NCBI RefSeq assembly: GCF_006345805.1
Contig: NW_021830466.1
Coordinates: 1-64,000, forward strand
DNA: 64,000 nt
Direction of reading: 5' to 3'
Source: Octopus sinensis
Lineage: Eukaryota
Of the stretch, positions 53,462-63,734 are shown in pieces (position 1 is the stretch's first letter; each line of letters opens with the position of its first letter). A model generated the notes under the pieces. It made no database searches. It saw only the letters and a program-made list of their open reading frames with translations, and had not been told where the DNA came from. Made by a program: the position numbers and the translations under genes.

Positions 53462-55327
53462 CGTGCGTGTGTGTGTTTGTGCGTGAGTGTGCACTTGACT
53501 TATATTATGGCAAGCAGTTCAATTACGGAATTGTTAGCCTATTCAATGTCACATCGTTTGTAAAGAATCAGTCTCAATGCAATAAATACACAGAGTAGTG
53601 TTTCTTGCTAATACATACATATATATGTACACTCACTGCAAGAAATACTATTATATATGTATATATACATACGCATAGACACAAAGAAAAGGTATTCTAT
53701 ACACATAGATACACCCACATATGTGTTGTATTTCGCCTCTTTACCAGTTCATTATTTCTGATTTCTCTCACCACATACAAGAAACGAAAACCAAAAATGA
53801 TGCCGTCTTATCTACAAAACATTTTATTATTGCATAATATCAATGGTTTTATATTCATTTAACATAAATATCCTTATTTACTGGAATGACGACAAAGAAA
53901 GATTTGGCTGAGGAGACACACAAGGTCGAAACACTGATGTTCATTATCCCAATGAATCGTGTGTTTTATGAACAGACATTTCTCTGGAAGGAGTTATTTT
54001 CCAATAGCGATTAGCACATTTACGTTCGAATACACCGGAACAACTGAAGATGAAATATGCCAGTCATTCTTTTGATTTTCCATTGTTTATCGTGCACATG
54101 ACGATTTATTATCCGCTTAAAAGATATCAACAAGCATCAGTAAATTGTTTGTCTGCAGAATTCTTTGAACAAGAGCTGTAATTCTTGTTTAGTTTCATTG
54201 ATCCGGGAGTAACTTTGACTGCAGAGACGCAATAAGGACGAAACATCACAATGTCTCAGGCTCCTCTTGATTTAATGAATTCGAGTGTGTTATCGAACAC
54301 ATATCGTCTGAAAAGAGAAGTTCTCCAGGGACGAAGTAAACAGCGATTAGCATGTTCATTTCCGAATCTGCCCGAACGTGCATTATTTTGATTCTTTCTG
54401 TTCATTGCGAACACAGTGATTTATCTTAAAGGATTTATCAACTTTGAACAAAATTCCACTCCAGAATCTCCATTCTAGATCAGAAATAACCCCCCGTGGG
54501 AGAATTTTTATCCAGGTTAAAAATTGCTGATCTGGACTGAAACATATTCTCCGCCTGCTAGACATAGAAGGCAAATCTCCCTCAAAACATACTCGATTTA
54601 CATTTTTGTAAGCTAACCGTTGTGGAGGCGCAATGGTCCACTGGTTATGGCAGCGGACTCGCGGTCGGAGGATCGCGGTTTCGATTCTCAGAACGGGCGC
54701 TGTGTGTGTTTATTGAGCGAAAACACCTAAAGCTCCACGAGGCTCCGGCAGGGGGTGGTGGAGACCCCTGTTGTACTCTTTCGTCACAACTTTCTCTCAC
54801 TCTTTCTTCCTGTTTCTTGAGTAACGCTGCGATGGACTGGTGTCCCGTCCAGCTGGGGGGAACACATACGCCACAGAAACCGGGGAAACCGGGCCCATGA
54901 GCCTGGCTAGGCTCGAAAAGGGTGACGTTTATCGTTTAAGCTAACCGTTAGCTGGGATTTCTTTTAATCGTGGCTTCTAATTTTGTATCGAGAATGAAAT
55001 ATCAATCAGCGTGATGTTATCGATTATAGATATGCTTTGCAAAGATTTGAGCAAGTTACTTTACGGTCGAATTGCTACACACTTCTTTCCTTTTATCTTT
55101 TATTTGTTTCAGCCATTGGACTGCGGCCAAGCTGAAGTACCGTCTTGAACGGTTTAGTCGAACAAATCAACTCCAGTTCTTGATCATTTGAAAATCTGGT
55201 ACTTATTTTATTGGTGTCTTTTGCCGAACCACTAAATTATGAGCACGTTAACAAAGCAACTCCGATTGTCAAGCGATGTAGCGGGGGTACAAATACAAGT
55301 ACAATGACACACACACACACACACACA

Positions 55328-55399
<72 letters not shown>

Positions 55400-56959
55400 T
55401 ATATAATTAGCGGGCTTCCGCACAGTTCTCGTCTACCAAAATTCACCCACAGATGCCCGGAACTATAACAGACACTTGCCTAAGGTTCCACTCGAAGCTA
55501 CGTTGTTGCAAAGCAAACGTCTTAACCCCACAGCCATGCCTGCAATTATTTGCCATGTTCCATGTAAGATTCAGTTTAGGAAGATTGCTCGAATTTGTCT
55601 GCGATTGTAAAACTACCAAAGCCATTCTAACATAACGCTACGAAAGGTGCGTAATATTGAACCCAGCTAGTTAGCGGAGAGGTTGTTGGGTTGGCTATCG
55701 ATGATTGTTAGCTGGGCACACATTACTTCCTCCTTGCTTCTCCTCCATCTCAGAGACCTTCATCAAACTATAACAGAAAACAACGTCCTATGTGCTGGAC
55801 CGCTAATTTTTAATAATAATAATGATGATAATAGTAATAATTATGATGATGGTGTTGATTTAAAATTTTGGCACAAGACCAACAATTTCGGGTGAGCTGG
55901 GTAAGTCAATTACATCGACCTTAGTACTCTCAACAGATATTTATTTCATCGACCCTGAAGGGATGAAAGACAAAGTCGACCTCGGCAGAATTTGAACTCA
56001 GAATGTAAAGACGACGAAATGCCGCTGAGCATTCTGACAGCTCGCCAATAATATATTTTATTTCTTCATGCGCCCTTTTCAAGCCTAGCCAGGCTCATGG
56101 GCTCGGTTTCTCGGTTTTTGTGGCGTATGTGCCCCCCCCCCCAGCTGGACGGGACGCCAGTCCATCGCAGCGTTACTGAAGAAACAGGAAGAAAGAGTGA
56201 GAGAAAGTTATGGTGAAAGAGTACAACAGGAGTCGCCAGTTGGATACCTTATAAATATTGGTATAATTCAATAATAAAGATAAATTAAATATAGAGTTAT
56301 TCTATTGACATTCAATAATTTATTCATATTACAATATTACTTTAAATACTATGAATTAATATAACATAGCATAATATTATATAACATAAATAATTATTAC
56401 GGAGATGTACTTGCATAGCAAGTGACTTGATCTGAGATTGTGTGCTGGAACGAAAACAATTGCAGCGTGGAAGGTGTTTATAAGCTATTTAAGAAACACA
56501 CAAAATCCGTTAGATTCACTTCAACATTTAAATTTAATTTGTCAAAATATTTTCGTCGCTTTGAGACCGCGACCTGTTCAATGACAAAATTCCGTGTTAT
56601 AATTATAAAAACCATAAAAGGCCAACAAATTGTTTCGACTTATATATATATTTTTTTGATATACATAATCACATTTCCATTATATATAAACTCACTTCAG
56701 GGTCATGGTTTAGAAAAAGACGAAATTTATATAAAGAACTCCCTACTAAATGCCGCCTGAGCTGGAGGGTTCAATCTTGCCTGGTTTTGTGTGTCAGAGC
56801 CAGGGCCAGCGAAGAATGTGTAAAGGTTTCTTTCCACTCACCTAGCACCAGTAGTTGAATCTCTTTCTGTCTTCTTTCTCGTTCTTCATCGAGCTGGTGA
56901 TCAATGCTACGACTCCGGGCCAAAGCTGACCGATCGGGTTCTCCGCCGCTACAACTCAT
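14018..56959 (-). CDS. Divergent heterotrimeric G-protein alpha subunit, 7 coding exons, 388 aa, family unresolved
   Basis: Manual splicing gives an uninterrupted 1167-nt ORF: [55 protein letters not shown]...[10 protein letters not shown]...[14 protein letters not shown]...[14 protein letters not shown]...LFLNKED...YTHITCAVD...NIRKCGTY*. All five G-box motifs are in order. Exon sizes 118/185/266/129/130/154/185 match conserved Galpha intron positions (vertebrate Gq 136/185/155/129/130/154/191; Gi 118/43+142/158/129/130/154/191). Confidence 0.95.
16462..16615 (-). CDS. Galpha coding exon 6 (154 nt; G4 NKxD)
   Basis: Acceptor TTTGTTATTTACAG|AAC, donor ACAG|GTATTT. Encodes [51 protein letters not shown](G). 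Confidence 0.96.
17071..17476 (+). mobile_element. Full-length tRNA-derived SINE, family A (ggcgtaggagtggctgtgtgg...aagagtaaaagag)
   Basis: A-box/B-box-like head, central microsatellite and repeated tail. Further copies near 2105-2340, 2625-2770, 15160-15305, 20051-20790, 28625-28745, 29310-29730, 29800-29965, 31060-31250, 33035-33415, 36630-36945, 46240-46480, 47765-47900, 51215-51420 and 55090-55540. Confidence 0.85.
18250..18575 (-). mobile_element. SINE family D; related copies ~35040-35250, 49830-50130, 61180-61350
   Basis: Shared gttgatc(c/t)ga..aa.gg.acag.ctg.tc, gtggc.gag..ctc.acagaca and ggagcaacgtgaaataaag blocks, with a tRNA-like head on the minus strand. Confidence 0.65.
18683..18720 (-). 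ncRNA. Hammerhead core (left arm), stem III/I' deleted
   Basis: Minus strand GACAC-CTGATGA-A-GGCTG...CAGCT-GAAAC with a canonical CUGAUGA. The following ~18 nt are lost between aaac direct repeats. Confidence 0.55.
18902..18947 (+). ncRNA. Degenerate minimal hammerhead motif (right arm of the 18.6-19.0 kb inverted repeat)
   Basis: GGCAC-CGGATGA-A-GGCTG(GAGGGTATAT)CAGCC-GAAAC-ATT-GTGTT. U4G and ACGT>ACAT changes. Confidence 0.6.
19104..19233 (-). CDS. Galpha coding exon 5 (130 nt; G3/switch II)
   Basis: Acceptor ATCACTTTTAG|G, donor ATG|GTGAGC. Encodes (R)[43 protein letters not shown]. Confidence 0.96.
20432..20720. mobile_element. hAT (Charlie-like) MITE inserted into a SINE
   Basis: TIRs CAGTGGTCCTCAAC / GTTGAAAAACCACTG; imperfect 8-bp TSD gactaaac/aactaaat; the SINE resumes on the far side. 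Confidence 0.8.
20838..20966 (-). CDS. Galpha coding exon 4 (129 nt; switch I, catalytic Arg)
   Basis: Acceptor CATTTTCACTTTCAG|C, donor TATCG|GTGAGT. Encodes (Y)[42 protein letters not shown](R). Confidence 0.96.
21026..21560. repeat. (CCA)n plus degenerate C/T-rich tract just upstream (gene sense) of the exon 4 acceptor
   Basis: Direct inspection. Source of the spurious poly-Pro/Trp/Gly ORFs. Confidence 0.9.
21600..23597 (+). mobile_element. 5'-truncated R4/Dong-type non-LTR retrotransposon (RT + CCHC knuckle + restriction-like endonuclease) ending in (AAT)n
   Basis: RT motifs [17 protein letters not shown] and [14 protein letters not shown]; knuckle [15 protein letters not shown] and NRHD; RLE (NR)PDII..LIDMTVP..K..KYKDL..IGALG. 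Frameshift near 23085, ORF stop at 23404, 3' UTR then (AAT)n at 23598-23670. Confidence 0.9.
25048..25162. mobile_element. Short hAT-type MITE
   Basis: CAGGAATGGGCAAC ... GTTGCTCATGGCTG; flanks atctaaat/ctttaaat. Confidence 0.65.
27107..27420 (+). mobile_element. Interspersed repeat, probably Helentron-associated; other copies ~965-1330 (-), ~6750-7076 (-), ~43905/45963-46220
   Basis: Shared blocks acctcc.cc...gcgaagg, ggatcgatcc.gtac.ggacaaggattctggattatttt, ttctcatttgtgagag.agttgag and a 3' ggcggag.tttgcg..ctctgagtgct hairpin. Confidence 0.6.
27751..28110 (+). mobile_element. tRNA-derived SINE family B dimer (ggcggcgagctggcagaa...ggtcgataaa.taagtaccag)
   Basis: Many copies: ~780-900, 4370-4580, 7100-7510, 23673-23805, 26300-26850, 43940-44117 + 45687-45960, 48830-49035, 50410-50505, 52430-52660, 55860-56050, 61390-61555, 62250-62470. 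Confidence 0.85.
28775..29000 (+). mobile_element. Solo Penelope-type pseudo-LTR
   Basis: Related to 37560-37845 and carries a degenerate hammerhead motif at 28841-28875. Confidence 0.55.
28841..28875 (+). ncRNA. Degenerate minimal hammerhead motif
   Basis: GTTT-CTTATGA-A-GAGC(TTT)GCTC-GAAAC-ATA-AAAC. Stems I and II are intact; G5 and the ACGT palindrome are mutated. Confidence 0.55.
30011..30888. mobile_element. Long-TIR (foldback/MITE-like) element: ~302-bp near-perfect inverted arms with a 273-bp spacer
   Basis: 30011-30312 vs 30586-30888 are reverse complements; the ORF track shows the same 60-aa peptide on opposite strands with 2 aa differing. The spacer contains partial copies of arm motifs (ttttcatcagatctcca, atcgaactt). 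Flanked by TA. Confidence 0.85.
31260..33000. repeat. Compound low-complexity block: (CT)n, (TATC)n, (CAC/CAA)n, (CATA)n, (GT)n
   Basis: Direct inspection. Confidence 0.9.
33035..33415 (-). mobile_element. SINE family A, full-length reverse copy
   Basis: Reverse-complement match to 17071-17476. Confidence 0.85.
33901..34085. repeat. 90-bp-arm palindrome with a 5-nt loop
   Basis: 33901-33990 is the reverse complement of 33996-34085 with one visible mismatch; loop gtgta. Confidence 0.95.
33996..34272 (-). mobile_element. 3' end of another RLE-type LINE (degenerate)
   Basis: Minus strand reads [32 protein letters not shown].. then [19 protein letters not shown], the typical RLE C-terminal K..Y..L...F.PI..G..GT pattern. 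Confidence 0.6.
37560..37845 (-). mobile_element. Penelope-type pseudo-LTR segment, same strand as the RT/EN remnant
   Basis: Carries a minimal hammerhead-like motif and is similar to 28775-29000 (gtttc.gat/cgaagagct..gctcgaaac; gagcg.ct...aatact). Confidence 0.65.
37647..37681 (-). ncRNA. Minimal type-I hammerhead ribozyme-like motif (PLE type)
   Basis: GTTT-CCGACGA-A-GAGC(TCC)GCTC-GAA-ACGT-C-ATAC. Palindromic ACGT stem III and GUC triplet are present; one core change (U4C) and one stem-I mismatch. Confidence 0.65.
37850..40500. repeat. ~2.6-kb degenerate (GT/GTAT/GTGC)n tract joining the Penelope ORF to its pLTR
   Basis: Low-complexity mixed dinucleotide/tetranucleotide array, including a 32-bp unit x3 at ~37856-37950 and two GC-rich islands. 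Confidence 0.9.
40500..42482 (-). mobile_element. Penelope-like element (RT + GIY-YIG endonuclease), 5'-truncated and frameshifted
   Basis: [15 protein letters not shown]; [33 protein letters not shown]; RYIADC (YIDD mutated); VNFLDISL; [18 protein letters not shown]; [40 protein letters not shown]. Spread over several frames. Confidence 0.92.
42515..42912 (+). mobile_element. Non-autonomous Helitron/Helentron-type (HINE/DINE-like) element
   Basis: Starts ACTAGCAGTATTGCCCGGCGTTGCTCGGG and ends CTTTTATATATAAAGAT, inside TA repeats. A second 5' end occurs at ~49524. Confidence 0.55.
43450..43715 (-). CDS. Galpha coding exon 3 (266 nt; expanded helical domain)
   Basis: Acceptor TTGTCATTACAG|GAA (phase 0), donor GAATA|GTAAGT (phase 2, splitting Tyr as in other Galpha genes). 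Open for 88 codons and contains [13 protein letters not shown]. The 5' boundary is less certain because an internal acceptor exists at 43536. Confidence 0.8.
44118..45684 (+). mobile_element. Internally deleted pogo/POGK-like DNA transposon
   Basis: 27-bp TIRs CCGTATTTGACGGCATA(TAG/TTA)GACGCAC with TA duplication. ORF 45009-45614 (one in-frame TGA at 45051) encodes Brinker-like DBD ([18 protein letters not shown]), CENP-B HTH ([21 protein letters not shown]) and the start of DDE_1 (IGNMDEVP), then breaks into the right TIR. Confidence 0.9.
46493..47723 (+). mobile_element. Full-length but inactivated Tc1-family DNA transposon
   Basis: TA|CAGAGGTTGGACAAAATTATGGAAAC...GTTTCCATTATTTTGTCCAACCCCTG|TA. 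Transposase [39 protein letters not shown] from 46682; later [10 protein letters not shown] and [15 protein letters not shown]; frameshifts and stops. Confidence 0.92.
49240..49449. mobile_element. Tigger/pogo-like MITE
   Basis: AGTAATCCCTCG...CGAGGGATTACTG termini with internal TATCGCG repeats. Confidence 0.65.
51755..52100. repeat. Degenerate (GAT/GAC/GGT)n triplet tract just downstream of the exon 2 donor
   Basis: Direct inspection. Produces the poly-Met and poly-Ile ORFs. Confidence 0.9.
52215..52399 (-). CDS. Galpha coding exon 2 (185 nt; P-loop, alpha1, alphaA)
   Basis: Acceptor TTTTGTCATGTAG|GT, donor ACT|GTAAGT. Encodes (G)[61 protein letters not shown]. Confidence 0.95.
54622..54915 (+). 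mobile_element. tRNA-derived SINE family C (ggaggcgcaatgg.cc..tggtta.ggcagcggactcgcggtc)
   Basis: tRNA-like head with GGTTTCGATTC B-box. Reverse copies at 35545-35760, 56075-56240 and 63275-63497. Confidence 0.85.
56538..56588 (-). ncRNA. Minimal hammerhead-like motif with non-canonical core, in a repeat in intron 1
   Basis: Minus strand TTTGTCA-TTGAACA-G-GTCGC(GGTCTCAAA)GCGAC-GAA-AATATT-T-TGACAAA: 7-bp stem I, 5-bp stem II, palindromic stem III. The core reads U3 U4 G5 A6 A7 C8 A9. Confidence 0.55.
56842..56959 (-). CDS. Galpha coding exon 1 (118 nt, ends phase 1)
   Basis: [40 protein letters not shown] aligns to the Galpha alphaN/beta1 (RS..ID..L..E....E..LL.LG). Donor CTAG|GTGAGT. In-frame TAA 15 nt upstream of the ATG. 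Confidence 0.92.
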
Positions 56960-57000
56960 TCTGTTTTCAAGTTACCACCACTGAAAGGGAGTCAAGACAA
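56960..57000 (-). promoter_or_regulatory. Probable splice acceptor 21 nt upstream of the Galpha ATG (implies an upstream non-coding exon)
   Basis: Minus strand reads TTGTCTTGACTCCCTTTCAG|TGGTGGTAACTTGAAAACAGAATG: a pyrimidine tract plus CAG, with AG at 56982-56981. Confidence 0.5.
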
Positions 57001-57127
57001 AGGCAGAAAGTTTACATACAGCCGATCGTTGGCAAAGAATCAAACGATTGCATTTATTAACTAATTAATTAATTAATCAATTCATTCATTCATTTGTGTG
57101 TGTGTTGAGTATGGATGTTATATAATA

Positions 57128-57376
57128 CAGTGGCTCCCAAACTTTTTGGGCTGTCCCCTTGACACCTAAGCCACATTCGTAGCGTCCCACTCCAATAAAC
57201 ATAGACCTCTTTCTGAAGCAAATTCAATACAACATGAATCATGACCCCCATTATCGCCTCACTTCTTACATGAATCGCTACCCCATTATCGCCCTTCTTT
57301 CCTTCAACACCCCCTTGGAACTTTCCACTCCCACCCCAGGGGGCGGGAGCAATACCGCCCACTTTGGGAACCACTG
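57128..57376. mobile_element. hAT-type MITE
   Basis: TIRs CAGTGGCTCCCAAA / TTTGGGAACCACTG with a perfect 8-bp TSD ATATAATA. Confidence 0.88.
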
Positions 57377-57424
57377 ATATAATACATAGTAAGTGGTAAA
57401 CTAAACAGTGCGATAAGGAGATAT

Positions 57425-57873
57425 ATTTGCTTGCAAAGAAATTCCTGTTGCATTTATGACATGGTCACTTTAATGGCACTTTTTCAATATTTGCGATAAA
57501 ATAAGAATTCATTTATATATTCATATGTTTTTTTTTGTTCATAGATTACTTTATACCACACTGGTTAAATTCCTATTGACTTTAGCCTTTTAAAATGAAT
57601 TTAGATCAGACCCATATCAAACACTACATACAATGTGAATTCAAAAAGGGCTCTTCAGCAACGGAAGCGGCAAGAAATACCCGTTCTGTCTATGGAAATG
57701 AAGTTTTAAATGTCTGGACGTGGTCGACTATGGTTTGGCCAATTTCATTTTGGAGATTTTTCTGTCGCTAAATATCCTTAATCAGGACGACCAGTTCTGT
57801 CAATAGTGAGCTTCTGAAAACCGCAGTTGACGAAAACCAGAAGCAAACTGCATGGGAATTAGCGAAACAGTTC

Positions 57874-57921
<48 letters not shown>

Positions 57922-58648
57922 AACCTTATGGATTTAGGAAAACGGTTAAAACTTGGTCAATGGATCCCTCATTATCAGATTGCTTCTCAGTCGTCATTGA
58001 AGAAAAGAATTGTTACCGAACCTTTCCTGGGTAGAATTACCACAAGTGATGAAGAACGTAACTTCTATAATCATATCCAACGAAAACGACAATGGCTAGC
58101 ACCAAATGAATCAGGAGAATCCATTACCAAACTAGGAATACACCCGAAAGCTATTATGCTCAGTTGTTGGTGAGATATGAGAAGTGTCATTTATCACGAA
58201 GTGTTAAACCAAAGCGGAACAGATAATGCGAAGTATAATTAGCAGAAAAAGTGACCATCGTTGGTTAGTCGTTAAAGCGCGTTGCTCTTACACAATAATG
58301 CAAGACCACACATTGCCCAAGGAACAGATTATGGCATTAGATATTGAAGGTTTGCCTCATCCTTGGTATCCTGACCTTGCACCGTCTGACTATCATCTTT
58401 TCAGATTATTACAACATTGAGGTAAATCAGTTTATTGATTGTGAAGAAGTTAAAAATGATATTGGGTAATTCTTTGCTTCGAAAATTGAAGAATTTTCAC
58501 CGGTGGGGTTGGAAAATTTGCCAGAATGATGGGTTTATGTCACCAATAATGAGGGGAATATTGACCTTGATTAAATACATTAATTAAGACCAAAAAGGCA
58601 TTTGTTCCTTTCCCATCTTGAGATGCGACAGTACTTTCCAACTTGATA
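57425..58648 (+). mobile_element. Decayed mariner (DD34D-type) transposon
   Basis: EFKKGSSATEAARN (HTH), FLGRITTSDE..YNHIQRKRQW..HPKAIMLSCW, HP(W)YPDLAPSDYHLFR. Eroded TIRs ending ctgt(c/t)gca; internal (TA)n; many stops. Confidence 0.8.
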
Positions 58649-58699
58649 TACAGATAGCTGGCTAAAGAGTGACATTGACAGGAGTATACGGAATGAGTG

Positions 58700-60440
<1,741 letters not shown>

Positions 60441-60948
60441 ATATCTTGTTTGTCCTTTCGTTTTTTTAATATTTTTTACTCCATATTGTTACTGCTTCAC
60501 TGAAGATACATATTTGATGGCAAAAGAGAGAACCTAATCATTCCAAGATCAATACAGATTTGATGCCGTGATAGCATTGTAGAAGACTACAGTTCTCAAT
60601 CAAAGACGTGGCGTTTAGTGTTAGAGGCAGTTGTAGTGATATAGGAATAGTAATCGGGATAAGTAATAATAATCTGTAGAGATAAGCATGTCAGTTGAGG
60701 AGACAACGTATCTAGGAAGCGAGCAATCATGCAGACAGCAAGCAATTCGATACTGTATGCTGTAAACCCTGATTAAGAAGACAGACGATGAGACTGGCAG
60801 GAGGAGGGGGAGAAAAAGCGCAAAGAGGGGGGGAGAAGGAGAATGATGATGATGAGGGAGAGATATAGAAGCTAGAAGGGAAAAAAAGGAGAAAGAAAAA
60901 AGACTTCTAAAGACAAAGTAGACGACAAAACAGGAAATATAGAAAATC

Positions 60949-60996
<48 letters not shown>

Positions 60997-61556
60997 TAAT
61001 AATAATGATAATAATGATAATAATAATAATGATAATAATGATAATGATGATGATTATGATGCTGGACCCTCCCGTCGAAGACGACGCTCGAGCGTTCAGC
61101 TTCTGCCTGCACTAATGATTTGTTTCCAGTGATCAGATGTTTGTTGCTGTACAAAGCTCACTCTCTCCATTGAATCGACGTTTCCTGAACAGGTGAACAG
61201 GTGTACCATGCGTCAGGTGTCGAAGTAGTCACAGAGCAACGTGAGACGAAGTGTTTTGTTCAAGAATACAACGCACTACCCGGTCTAGGGACTGAAACCA
61301 CGATCTCGCACTTGTGAGTACCACACTTTAATCACTAGGCCATACGTCCTCACATCAACTACAACAACAACAATAATAGTAATAATAATTCTTTCTGCTA
61401 AAGGCACAGGGTCTGAAATTTTGGGGGAGGGGGACAATCGATTACATCGATCCCAGTACCCCGCTGGTACTTAATTCATCAACCCCGAAAGGAAGAAAGG
61501 CAAAGTTTACCTCGGCAGAATTTGAACTCAGATCGTAAAGACGGGCGAAATACCAC

Positions 61557-61603
<47 letters not shown>

Positions 61604-61606
<3 letters not shown>

Positions 61607-62160
61607 GCCCTAATGCAGTACCAGGCAGTGGCTCTCATGGCTTCTGATCTTAACTGATTGGAAGTGTTCTCATGTACATTGTTTTGTCTTGGTATAAAAG
61701 ATGGGCTACAGCAAATATTCTGCTCAATACCTCAGATTTGCTTGTCAGTTGTTTGACCATAACCAGTTGAGCATGTCCCTTAGTGGCTGACGATATGTGC
61801 ATCTCTGATGACGAGCAGAAGTAGTGAGGGAGCATCATAGCCATGTGTTTAGGGGAATTCATTGGGGTTTGGATAATTCGCCTTCGGAAACATGGGCGTT
61901 TCGTTCAACATCCTTAAGCAACCCTTATTCAGGGACCTTTTGAGTGGGATGGGTTACTCGACAAGAAGAAAATTCTAGCTGGGCCCCACCTGCAAGGTCA
62001 TGTGCTGTTTATCTTGATATGAGATCACCATGTCACGCATATATGGTTGTGATGCATGTGCCTAGTGTACCCTTATCAGACGGGTAGTCATGATTGGTAT
62101 ACTGGGCTTCGTCTATTTTTCCTCAGTGTCACTTTGATGGCATGCACTGCTCTCTCACTC
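61604..62160 (+). mobile_element. ~557-bp non-coding retroposon flanked by (AAT)n; partial copies 36960-37278 (+) and 44264-44677 (-)
   Basis: Three highly similar copies (gcagtaccaggcagtggctctcatggcttctgatcttaactgattgg...ctgctctctcactc). No ORF and no TIR. Confidence 0.85.
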
Positions 62161-62250
<90 letters not shown>

Positions 62251-62759
62251 CCCTTCTACTATAGGCACAAGGCCTGCAATTTGTAGAGGGGAGACTAGTT
62301 GATTACATCATCCCCAGTACTCCGCTGGTACTTATTTTATCGACCCCAAAAGGAAGAAAGGCAAAGTCGATCTCGGCGGAATTTGAACTCAGATCGCAAA
62401 GACGGACGAAATGCTGCAAAGCATTTTGTCCGGCAAATTAGAGATTCCGCCAGCTTACCAGCACGAAAATTTATAGTCCTTTATAATTTTGGCACAAGGC
62501 CAGCAACTTTAGAGGATTATATCGACTCTAGCACTCCATTGGTACTTACTCAGTGGAATTTGAATTCAGAACGTGAAAAGCCGAAAGAAATGACACTAAG
62601 CATTTTGTTCGGCATTCTAAAAATTCTATCAGTTTGCTGCCTTATATTCTTTTTACAATACGCACATAAGCTGAAATTTTGGGTGAAGAGGGTTAATTAA
62701 TTATATCGACCCTAGTATTTGATTTGTACTTTATTTTATTCGACCCGGAAAAGACGAAA

Positions 62760-62823
<64 letters not shown>

Positions 62824-63540
62824 TGTGTGTGTGTGTGTGTGTTGTGTGTGTGTGTGTGTGTTGTGTGTGATGTAGTGTGTGTGTAGATAGATAGATAGAT
62901 AGATAGATTGATAAGAGACAGGTATTCCATCTTTAAACTCCATTCTGTCAAGACCTCAAATGTAAAATTCTTCCCTGAAGACGGAGGCAGGTGTTATCCG
63001 ATAATGGAATCAATTTACAATCATAAATTTGGACCACCAAGACTCTACAAACAGCTGTTGGACTCGTAAAACTCTTATTCAACCTCTTTAATATCACTTA
63101 TTTAATATCACAATATTCTGTGTAAGTCGGACCTTTTTATATGTAAACATCGGTACATCTTTTGTATTAAATATATTCAATACTTTTTGTATATCAACTT
63201 ACCTAACTTGCATGTCCTTACTCCTTGCTATACATCGCTGGTCACAATGCGCTTCGCATTGTTTTAGCCTTCAAATGATGCCACCCCGCTGGCTAAGCGA
63301 GCAGGCCTAACAGAAGAAAGAGTGAGAGAAAGTTCCAGCGAAAGAGTACAGCAGGGATCGCCACCACCCCGTGCCGGAGCTTCATGGAACTTTAGGTGTT
63401 TTCGCTCAATAAACACTCACAACGCCCGGTCTGGGAATCGAAACCGCGATCCTACAACCGCGAGTCCACTGCCCTAACCACTGGGTCATTGCGCCTCATA
63501 TATATATATACATATATACATACATATATATATACATATA

Positions 63541-63580
<40 letters not shown>

Positions 63581-63697
63581 CTAATACATAAATAACATAC
63601 ATATACATACATATACACATATATATACATATATACATAATATACATACATATACATACATATATATATATATATATATAATATATATATATATTAC

Positions 63698-63734
<37 letters not shown>

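Noticed and set aside
53908-53942. CTGAGGA-GAC(ACACAAG)GTC-GAAAC hammerhead-like core
   Set aside because: Core and stem II are good, but no stem I can be formed in type I or III topology. May be a decayed remnant or chance.
54622-54700. tRNA-like sequences (also ~17071, 27751, 35700, 63440)
   Set aside because: These are SINE heads continuing into SINE bodies, without a full cloverleaf or acceptor stem; not tRNA genes.
62975-63005. CTGAAGA-CGGA..TCCG hammerhead-like start
   Set aside because: GAAA is replaced by GATA and there is no stem III/I; at most a decayed pLTR remnant.
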